Part shown: positions 1 to 10,900 of the stretch, piece by piece
How the letters are laid out: each line of letters opens with the position of its first letter
Numbering within the stretch: the stretch's first letter is position 1
Source of the DNA: Selaginella moellendorffii
Taxonomy: Eukaryota > Plantae > Lycopodiophyta
Direction of reading: 5' to 3'
Assembly (NCBI RefSeq): GCF_000143415.4
Contig: NW_003314531.1
Span: forward strand, 3,008 to 14,931
Length of the DNA: 11,924 nt
The notes under the pieces: generated by a model
Databases searched by the model: none
Told to the model about the DNA's origin: nothing
The model's input: only the letters and a program-made list of their open reading frames with translations
Translations under genes and position numbers: made by a program

Positions 1-1
1 G

Positions 2-3000
2 TGTGTCGTCCACTGTGGCATCTGTCACATGGATGGAATCTGGAGCACCACTCTCGATCTCTGGCACCGCCAACTTTTCTCCCTCCTGCAGGATCGCTAC
101 TGAAGCACTCTCCCTGGGCTTGAAATTCTCCACCTGGTCATCCACAGCCACCTTGGCCTGCTCTATGCTCTCTTCCTCCTTGATTTCCTCGTGTGCGGGT
201 AAGACGTCATCCACTTTCGCGGTTGGTACTTGAGCTACAACTGGCTCGGCTGGTTGCACCTCTTTGGCATCCTCTTCAGAAGCCTCAGGCACGGCCTCTG
301 TCTCGGGAACGGCCTCAAGCACAGGCTGTGGCTCCTGGACTTCTTCGTTCCCCGACTGTGGGAGTTCTTCTACTGGGACAGCAAGCTCGACCTCGCGTTC
401 GGAAACTTCATGCTGCACCTCGACTTTGCTTTGCTCCTCTTCCACGTTGTCGTGAATGTCCTCACTGGCAGGAGGTGCTCGCTGTGTGTCGTCCACTGTG
501 GCATCTGTCGCATGCATGGAATCCAGTGCACCACTCTCGATCTCTGGCACCGCCAACTTTTCTCCCTCCTGCAGGATCGCGACTGAAGCACTCTCCCTGG
601 GCTCGACATTCTCCACCTGGTCATCCACAGCCACCTTGGCCGGCTCTATGCTCTCTTCCTCCTTGATTTCCTCGTGTGCGGGTAAGACGTCATCCACTTT
701 CGCAGTTGGTACTTGAGCTACAACTGGCTCGGCTGGTTGCACCTCTTTGGCATCCTCTTCAGAAGCCTCAGGCACGGCCTCTGTCTCGGGAACGGCCTCA
801 AGCACAGGCTGTGGCTCCTGGACTTCTTCGTTCCCTGACGGTGGGAGTTCTTCTACTGGGACAGCAAGCTCGACCTCGCGTTCGGAAACTTCATGCTGCA
901 CCTCGACTTTGCTTTGCTCCTCTTCCACGTTCTCGTGAATGTCCTCACTGGCAGGAGGTGCTCGCTGTGTGTCGTCCACTGTGGCATCTGTCGCATGCAT
1001 GGAATCCGGTGCACCACTCTCCATCTCTGGCACTGCCAACTTTTCTCCCTCCTGCAGGATCGCGACTGAAGCACTCTCCCTGGGCTCGACATTCTCCACG
1101 TGGTCATCCACAGCCACCTTGGCCGGCTCTATGCTCTCTTCCTCCTTGATTTCCTCGTGTGTGGGTAAGATGTCATCCACTGTGGCGGTTGGTACTTGAG
1201 CTACGACTGGCTCGGCTGGTTGCACCTCTTTGGCAGCCTCTTCAGAAGCCTCAGGCACGGCCTCTGGCTCGGGAACGGCCTCAAGCACGTGCTGTGGCTC
1301 CTGGACTTCTTTGTTCCCTGACTGTGGGAGTTCTTCTACTGGGACAGCAAGCTCGACCTCGCGTTCGGAAACTTCATGTGGCACTGCGACGTTAGTTTGC
1401 TCCTCTTCCACGTTGTCGTGAATGTCCTCACTGGCAGGAGATGCTCGCTGTGTGTCGTCCACTGTGGCATCTGTCGCATGCATGGAATCCGGTGCACCAC
1501 TCTCGATCTCTGGCACCGCCAACTTTTCTCCCTCGTCCAGGATCGCGACTGAAGCACTCTCCCTGGGCTCGACATTCTCCACCTGGTCATCCACAGCCAC
1601 CTTGGCCGGCTCTATGCTCTCTTCCTCCTTGATTTCCTCGTGTGCGAGTAAGACGTCATCCACTGTCGCGGTTGGTACTTGAGCTACAACTGGCTTGGCC
1701 GGTTGCACCTCCTTGGCAGCCTCTTCAGCACCGTCAGGCACGGCCTCTGTCTCGAAAACGGCCTCAAGCACATTCTGTGGCTCCTGGACTTCTTTGTTCC
1801 CCGACTGTGGGAGTTCTTCTACTGGGACAGCAAGCACGACCTCGCGTTCGGAAACTTCATGCTGCACCTCGACTTTGCTTTGCTCCTCCTCCACGTTCTC
1901 GTGAATGTCCTCACTGGCAGGAGGTGCTCGCTGTGTGTCGTCCACTGTGGCATCTGTTGCATGCATGGAATCCGGTGCACCACTCTCCATCTCTGGCACT
2001 GCCAACTTTTCTCCCTCTTGCAGGATCGCGACTGAAGCACTCTCCCTGGGCTCGACATTCTCCACCTGGTCATCCACAGCCACCTTGGCCGGCTCTATGC
2101 TCTCTTCCTCCTTGATTTCCTCGTGTGCGGGTAAGACGTCATCCACTGTCGCGGTTGGTACTTGAGCTACAACTGGCTCGGCCGGTTGCACCTCCTTGGC
2201 CGCCTCTTCAGCAGCCTCAGGCACGGCCTCTGTCTCGGGAACGGCCTCAAGCACATGCTGTGGCTCCTGGACTTCTTTGTTCCCCGACTGTGGGGGTTCT
2301 TCTACTGGGACAGCAAGCTTGACCTCGCGTTCGGAAACTTCATGCTGCACCTCGACTTTGCTTTGCTCCTCTTCCACGTTCTCGTGAATGTCCTCACTGG
2401 CAGGAGGTGCTCGCTGTGTGTCGTCCACTGTGGCATCTGTCGCATGCATGGAATCCGGTGCACCACTCTCGATCTCTGGCACCGCCAACTTTTCTCCCTC
2501 GTCCAGGATCGCGACTGAAGCACTCTCCCTGGGCTTGACATTATCCACGTGGTCATCCACAGCCACCTTGGCCGGCTCTATGCTCTCTTCCTCCTTGATT
2601 TCCTCGTGTGCGGGTAAGATGTCATCCACTGTGGCAGTTGGTACTTGAGCTACGACTGGCTCCGCCGGTTCCACCTCCATGGCAGCCTCTTCGGCAGCTT
2701 CAGGCACGTCCTCATGCTCGGGAACGGCCTCAGGCACAGGCTGTGGCTCCTGGACGGCTTCGTTCACCAACTGTGGGCGTCCCTCTACTGGTATGGCAAT
2801 CTCAACCTCGCGTTGGGAAACTTCATGTATCACTGTGACGTTGGTTTGCTCCTCTTCCACATTCTCGTGAATGTCTTCACTGGCAGAAGATGCTCGCTGT
2901 GTGTCCTCCAGGGTGGCATCTGTTGCATGCATGGAATCCGGTGCAGCACTGTCAATCTCTGGCACCGCCAACTTTTCTCCCTCGTCCAGGATCGCGACTG

Positions 3001-4901
3001 AAGCACTCTCCCGGGGCTCGACCTTCTCTACCTTGTCATCCAGAGCCACCTTGGCCGGCTCTATGCTCTCTTCCTCCTTGATTTCTTCGTGTGTGGGTAA
3101 GATGTCATCCACTGTGGCGGTCGGTACTTGAGCTACGACTGGCTCGGCTGGTTGCACCTCTTTGGCAGCCTCTTCAGAAGCCTCAGGCACGGCCTCTGTC
3201 TCGGGAACGGCCTCAAGCACAGGCTGTGGCTCCTGGACTTCTTCGTTCCCTGACGGTGGGAGTTCTTCTACTGGGACAGCAAGCTCAACCTCGCGTTCCG
3301 AAACTTCATGCTGCACCTCGACTTTGGTTTGCTCCTCTTCCACGTTGTCGTGAATGTCCTCACTGGCAGGAGATGCTCGCTGTGTGTCGTCCACTGTGGC
3401 ATCTGTCGCATGCATGGAATCCGGTGCACCACTCTCGATCTCTGGCACTGCCAACTTTTCTCCCTCCTGCAGGATCGCGACTGAAGCACTCTCCCTGGGC
3501 TCGACATTCTCCACCTGGTCATCCACAGCCACCTTGGCCGGCTCTATGCTCTCTTCCTCCTTGATTTCCTCGTGTGCGGGTAAGACGTCATCCACTTTCG
3601 CGGTTGGTACTTGAGCTACAACTGGCTCGGCCGGTTGCACCTCTTTGGCATCCTCTTCAGAAGCCTCAGGCACGGCCTCTGTCTCGGGAACGGCCTCAAG
3701 CACAGGCTGTGGCTGCTGGACTTCTTCGTTCCCTGACTGTGGGAGTTCTTCTACTGGGACGGCAAGCTCGACCTTGCGTTCGGAAACTTCATGCTGCACC
3801 TCGACTTTGGTTTGCTCCTCTTCCACGTTGTCGTGAATGTCCTCACTGGCAGGAGATGCTCGCTGTGTGTCGTCCACTGTGGCATCTGTCACATGGATGG
3901 AATCTGGAGCAGCACTCTCGATCTCTGGCACCGCCAACTTTTCTCCCTCCTGCAGGATCGCGACTGAAGCACTCTCCCTGGGCTTGAAATTCTCCACCTG
4001 GTCATCCACAGCCACCTTGGCCTGCTCTATGCTCTCTTCCTCCTTGATTTCCTCGTGTGCGGGTAAGACGTCATCCACTTTCGCGGTTGGTACTTGAGCT
4101 ACAACTGGCTCGGCTGGTTGCACCTCTTTGGCATCCTCTTCAGAAGCCTCAGGCACGGCCTCTGTCTCGGGAACGGCCTCAAGCACAGGCTGTGGCTCCT
4201 GGACTTCTTCGTTCCCCGACTGTGGGAGTTCTTCTACTGGGACAGCAAGCTCGACCTCGCGTTCCGAAACTTCATGCTGCACCTCGACTTTGCTTTGCTC
4301 CTCTTCCACGTTGTCGTGAATGTCCTCACTGGCAGGAGGTGCTCGCTGTGTGTCGTCCACTGTGGCATCTGTCGCATGCATGGAATCCAGTGCACCACTC
4401 TCGATCTCTGGCACCGCCAACTTTTCTCCCTCCTGCAGGATCGCGACTGAAGCACTCTCCCTGGGCTCGACATTCTCCACCTGGTCATCCACAGCCACCT
4501 TGGCCGGCTCTATGCTCTCTTCCTCCTTGATTTCCTCGTGTGCGGGTAAGACGTCATCCACTTTCGCGGTTGGTACTTGAGCTACAACTGGCTCGGCTGG
4601 TTGCACCTCTTTGGCATCCTCTTCAGAAGCCTCAGGCACGGCCTCTGTCTCGGGAACGGCCTCAAGCACAGGCTGTGGCTCCTGGACTTCTTCGTTCCCT
4701 GACGGTGGGAGTTCTTCTACTGGGACAGCAAGCTCGACCTCGCGTTCGGAAACTTCATGCTGCACCTCGACTTTGCTTTGCTCCTCTTCCACGTTCTCGT
4801 GAATGTCCTCACTGGCAGGAGATGCTCGCTGTGTGTCGTCCACTGTGGCATCTGTCGCATGCATGGATCCCAGTGCAACACTCTCGATCTCTGGCACCGC
4901 C
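2..4901 (-). CDS. Downstream segment of the same repeat-protein gene (~10 repeats); open to the window edge and absent from the ORF track
   Basis: Manual reading of the minus frame (codons at plus positions 2-4, 5-7, ...) gives the same 161-aa repeat. I saw no in-frame plus-strand tta/cta/tca at the variant positions checked. It was probably omitted from the track because it has no stop inside the window. Confidence 0.75.
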
Positions 4902-7900
4902 ACTTTTCTCCCTCCTGCAGGATCGCGACTGAAGCACTCTCCCTGGGCTTGAAATTCTCCACCTGGTCATCCACAGCCACCTTGGCCTGCTCTATGCTCT
5001 CTTCCTCCTTGATTTCCTCGTGTGCGGGTAAGACGTCATCCACTTTCGCGGTTGGTACTTGAGCTACAACTGGCTCGGCTGGTTGCACCTCTTTGGCATC
5101 CTCTTCAGAAGCCTCAGGCACGGCCTCTGTCTCGGGAACGGCCTCAAGCACAGGCTGTGGCTCCTGGACTTCTTCGTTCCCCGACTGTGGGAGTTCTTCT
5201 ACTGGGACAGCAAGCTCGACCTCGCGTTCGGAAACTTCATGCTGCACCTCGACTTTGCTTTGCTCCTCTTCCACGTTGTCGTGAATGTCCTCACTGGCAG
5301 GAGGTGCTCGCTGTGTGTCGTCCACTGTGGCATCTGTCGCATGCATGGAATCCAGTGCACCACTCTCGATCTCTGGCACCGCCAACTTTTCTCCCTCCTG
5401 CAGGATCGCGACTGAAGCACTCTCCCTGGGCTCGACATTCTCCACCTGGTCATCCACAGCCACCTTGGCCGGCTCTATGCTCTCTTCCTCCTTGATTTCC
5501 TCGTGTGCGGGTAAGACGTCATCCACTTTCGCAGTTGGTACTTGAGCTACAACTGGCTCGGCTGGTTGCACCTCTTTGGCATCCTCTTCAGAAGCCTCAG
5601 GCACGGCCTCTGTCTCGGGAACGGCCTCAAGCACAGGCTGTGGCTCCTGGACTTCTTCGTTCCCTGACGGTGGGAGTTCTTCTACTGGGACAGCAAGCTC
5701 GACCTCGCGTTCGGAAACTTCATGCTGCACCTCGACTTTGGTTTGCTCCTCTTCCACGTTGTCGTGAATGTCCTCACTGGCAGGAGGTGCTCGCTGTGTG
5801 TCGTCCACTGTGGCATCTGTCGCATGCATGGAATCCGGTGCACCACTCTCGATCTCTGGCACCGCCAACTTTTCTCCCTCCTGCAGGATCGCGACTGAAG
5901 CACTCTCCCTGGGCTCGACATTCTCCACCTGGTCATCCACAGCCACCTTGGCCGGCTCTATGCTCTCTTCCTCCTTGATTTCCTCGTGTGCGGGTAAGAC
6001 GTCATCCACTTTCGCAGTTGGTACTTGAGCTACAACTGGCTCGGCTGGTTGCACCTCTTTGGCATCCTCTTCAGAAGCCTCAGGCACGGCCTCTGTCTCG
6101 GGAACGGCCTCAAGCACAGGCTGTGGCTCCTGGACTTCTTCGTTCCCTGACGGTGGGAGTTCTTCTACTGGGACAGCAAGCTCGACCTCGCGTTCGGAAA
6201 CTTCATGCTGCACCTCGACTTTGCTTTGCTCCTCTTCCACGTTCTCGTGAATGTCCTCACTGGCAGGAGGTGCTCGCTGTGTGTCGTCCACTGTGGCATC
6301 TGTCACATGGATGGAATCCGGTGCACCACTCTCGATCTCTGGCACCGCCAACTTTTCTCCCTCCTGCAGGATCGCGACTGAAGCACTCTCCCTGGGCTCG
6401 ACATTCTCCACCTGGTCATCCACAGCCACCTTGGCCGGCTCTATGCTCTCTTCCTCCTTGATTTCCTCGTGTGCGGGTAAGACGTCATCCACTTTCGCAG
6501 TTGGTACTTGAGCTACAACTGGCTCGGCTGGTTGCACCTCTTTGGCAGCCTCTTCAGAAGCCTCAGGCACGGCCTCTGTCTCGGGAACGGCCTCAAGCAC
6601 AGGCTGTGGCTGCTGGACTTCTTCGTTCCCTGACGGTGGGAGTTGTTCTACTGGGACAGCAAGCTCGACCTCGCGTTCGGAAACTTCATGCTGCACCTCG
6701 ACTTTGCTTTGCTCCTCTTCCACGTTGTCGTGAATATCCTCACTGGCAGGAGGTGCTCGCTGTGTGTCGTCCACTGTGGCATCTGTCGCATGCATGGAAT
6801 CTGGAGCACCACTCTCGATCTCTGGCACCGCCAACTTTTCTCCCTCCTGCAGGATCGCGACTGAAGCACTCTCCCTGGGCTCGACATTCTCCACCTGGTC
6901 ATCCACAGCCACCTTGGCCGGCTCTATGCTCTCTTCCTCCTTGATTTCCTCGTGTGCGGGTAAGACGTCATCCACTTTCGCAGTTGGTACTTGAGCTACA
7001 ACTGGCTCGGCTGGTTGCACCTCTTTGGCATCCTCTTCAGAAGCCTCAGGCACGGCCTCTGTCTCGGGAACGGCCTCAAGCACAGGCTGTGGCTCCTGGA
7101 CTTCTTCGTTCCCTGACGGTGGGAGTTCTTCTACTGGGACAGCAAGCTCGACCTCGCGTTCGGAAACTTCATGCTGCACCTCGACTTTGCTTTGCTCCTC
7201 TTCCACGTTCTCGTGAATGTCCTCACTGGCAGGAGGTGCTCGCTGTGTGTCGTCCACTGTGGCATCTGTCGCATGCATGGAATCCGGTGCACCACTCTCG
7301 ATCTCTGGCACTGCCAACTTTTCTCCCTCCTGCAGGATCGCGACTGAAGCACTCTCCCTGGGCTCGACATTCTCCACCTGGTCATCCACAGCCACCTTGG
7401 CCGGCTCTATGCTCTCTTCCTCCTTGATTTCCTCGTGTGCGGGTAAGACGTCATCCACTTTCGCGGTTGGTACTTGAGCTACAACTGGCTCGGCCGGTTG
7501 CACCTCTTTGGCAGCCTCTTCAGAAGCCTCAGGCACGGCCTCTGTCTCGGGAACGGCCTCAAGCACAGGCTGTGGCTGCTGGACTTCTTCGTTCCCTGAC
7601 TGTGGGAGTTCTTCTACTGGGACGGCAAGCTCGACCTTGCGTTCGGAAACTTCATGCTGCACCTCGACTTTGGTTTGCTCCTCTTCCACGTTGTCGTGAA
7701 TGTCCTCACTGGCAGGAGATGCTCGCTGTGTGTCGTCCACTGTGGCATCTGTCACATGGATGGAATCTGGAGCAGCACTCTCGATCTCTGGCACCGCCAA
7801 CTTTTCTCCCTCCTGCAGGATCGCGACTGAAGCACTCTCCCTGGGCTTGAAATTCTCCACCTGGTCATCCACAGCCACCTTGGCCTGCTCTATGCTCTCT

Positions 7901-10900
7901 TCCTCCTTGATTTCCTCGTGTGCGGGTAAGACGTCATCCACTTTCGCGGTTGGTACTTGAGCTACAACTGGCTCGGCTGGTTGCACCTCTTTGGCATCCT
8001 CTTCAGAAGCCTCAGGCACGGCCTCTGTCTCGGGAACGGCCTCAAGCACAGGCTGTGGCTCCTGGACTTCTTCGTTCCCCGACTGTGGGAGTTCTTCTAC
8101 TGGGACAGCAAGCTCGACCTCGCGTTCGGAAACTTCATGCTGCACCTCGACTTTGCTTTGCTCCTCTTCCACGTTGTCGTGAATGTCCTCACTGGCAGGA
8201 GGTGCTCGCTGTGTGTCGTCCACTGTGGCATCTGTCGCATGCATGGAATCCAGTGCACCACTCTCGATCTCTGGCACCGCCAACTTTTCTCCCTCCTGCA
8301 GGATCGCGACTGAAGCACTCTCCCTGGGCTCGACATTCTCCACCTGGTCATCCACAGCCACCTTGGCCGGCTCTATGCTCTCTTCCTCCTTGATTTCCTC
8401 GTGTGCGGGTAAGACGTCATCCACTTTCGCAGTTGGTACTTGAGCTACAACTGGCTCGGCTGGTTGCACCTCTTTGGCATCCTCTTCAGAAGCCTCAGGC
8501 ACGGCCTCTGTCTCGGGAACGGCCTCAAGCACAGGCTGTGGCTCCTGGACTTCTTCGTTCCCTGACGGTGGGAGTTCTTCTACTGGGACAGCAAGCTCGA
8601 CCTCGCGTTCGGAAACTTCATGCTGCACCTCGACTTTGCTTTGCTCCTCTTCCACGTTGTCGTGAATGTCCTCACTGGCAGGAGGTGCTCGCTGTGTGTC
8701 GTCCACTGTGGCATCTGTCGCATGCATGGAATCCGGTGCACCACTCTCGATCTCTGGCACCGCCAACTTTTCTCCCTCCTGCAGGATCGCGACTGAAGCA
8801 CTCTCCCTGGGCTCGACATTCTCCACCTGGTCATCCACAGCCACCTTGGCCGGCTCTATGCTCTCTTCCTCCTTGATTTCCTCGTGTGCGGGTAAGACGT
8901 CATCCACTTTCGCGGTTGGTACTTGAGCTACAACTGGCTCGGCTGGTTGCACCTCTTTGGCATCCTCTTCAGAAGCCTCAGGCACGGCCTCTGTCTCGGG
9001 AACGGCCTCAAGCACAGGCTGTGGCTCCTGGACTTCTTCGTTCCCTGACTGTGGGAGTTCTTCTACTGGGACGGCAAGCTCAACCTCGCATTCCGAAACT
9101 TCATGCTGCACCTCGACTTTGGTTTGCTCCTCTTCCACGTTGTCGTGAATGTCCTCACTGGCAGGAGATGCTCGCTGTGTGTCGTCCACTGTGGCATCTG
9201 TCACATGGATGGAATCTGGAGCACCACTCTCGATCTCTGGCACCGCCAACTTTTCTCCCTCCTGCAGGATCGCGACTGAAGCACTCTCCCTGGGCTTGAA
9301 ATTCTCCACCTGGTCATCCACAGCCACCTTGGCCTGCTCTATGCTCTCTTCCTCCTTGATTTCCTCGTGTGCGGGTAAGACGTCATCCACTTTCGCGGTT
9401 GGTACTTGAGCTACAACTGGCTCGGCTGGTTGCACCTCTTTGGCATCCTCTTCAGAAGCCTCAGGCACGGCCTCTGTCTCGGGAACGGCCTCAAGCACAG
9501 GCTGTGGCTCCTGGACTTCTTCGTTCCCTGACGGTGGGAGTTCTTCTACTGGGACAGCAAGCTCGACCTCGCGTTCGGAAACTTCATGCTGCACCTCGAC
9601 TTTGCTTTGCTCCTCTTCCACGTTCTCGTGAATGTCCTCACTGGCAGGAGGTGCTCGCTGTGTGTCGTCCACTGTGGCATCTGTCGCATGCATGGAATCC
9701 GGTGCACCACTCTCGATCTCTGGCACTGCCAACTTTTCTCCCTCCTGCAGGATCGCGACTGAAGCACTCTCCCTGGGCTCGACATTCTCCACCTGGTCAT
9801 CCACAGCCACCTTGGCCGGCTCTATGCTCTCTTCCTCCTTGATTTCCTCGTGTGTGGGTAAAACGTCATCCACTGTGGTAGTTGGTACTTGAGCTACGAC
9901 TGGCTCGGCCGGTTCCACCTCCTTGACAGCCTCTTCAGCAGCCTCAGGCACGGCCTCAAGCTCGGGAACGGCCTCAAGCACAGGCTGTGGGTCCTGGACT
10001 TCTTCGTTCCCCGACTGTGGGAGTTCTTCTACTGGGACAGCAAGCTCGACCTCGCGTTCGGAAACTTCATGCTGCACCTCGACTTTGCTTTGCTCCTCTT
10101 CCACGTTGTCGTGAATGTCCTCACTGGCAGGAGATGCTCGCTGTGTGTCGTCCACTGTGGCATCTGTCACATGGATGGAATCCGGTGCACCACTCTCGAT
10201 CTCTGGCACCGCCAACTTTTCTCCCTCCTGCAGGATCGCTACTGAAGCACTCTCCCTGGGCTCGACATTCTCCACGTGGTCATCCACAGCCACCTTGGCC
10301 GGCTCTATGCTCTCTTCCTCCTTGATTTCCTCGTGTGTGGGTAAAACGTCATCCACTGTGGTAGTTGGTACTTGAGCTACGACTGGCTCGGCCGGTTCCC
10401 CCTCCTTGACAGCCTCTTCAGCAGCCTCAGGCACGGCCTCAAGCTCGGGAACGGCCTCAAGCACAGGCTGTGGGTCCTGGACTTCTTCGTTCCCCGACTG
10501 TGGGAGTTCTTCTACTGGGACAGCAAGCTCGACCTCGCGTTCGGAAACTTCATGCTGCACCTCGACTTTGCTTTGCTCCTCTTCCACGTTGTCGTGAATG
10601 TCCTCACTGGCAGGAGATGCTCGCTGTGTGTCGTCCACTGTGGCATCTGTCGCATGCATGGAATCCAGTGCAGCACTCTCGATCTCTGGCACCGCCAACT
10701 TTTCTCCCTCCTGCAGGATCGCGACTAAAGCACTCTCCCTGGGCTCGACATTCTCCACCTGGTCATCCACAGCCACCTTGGCCGGCTCTATGCTCTCTTC
10801 CTCCTTGATTTCCTCGTGTGCGGGTAAGACGTCATCCACTTTCGCGGTTGGTACTTGAGCTACAACTGGCTCGGCTGGTTGCACCTCTTTGGCATCCTCT

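Noticed and set aside
4900-4915. Programmed ribosomal frameshift at GGA GAA AAG that would rescue the deletion
   Set aside because: There is no X XXY YYZ heptamer. The same GAA AAG context is in every unit, and no special stimulatory element is evident at this copy.
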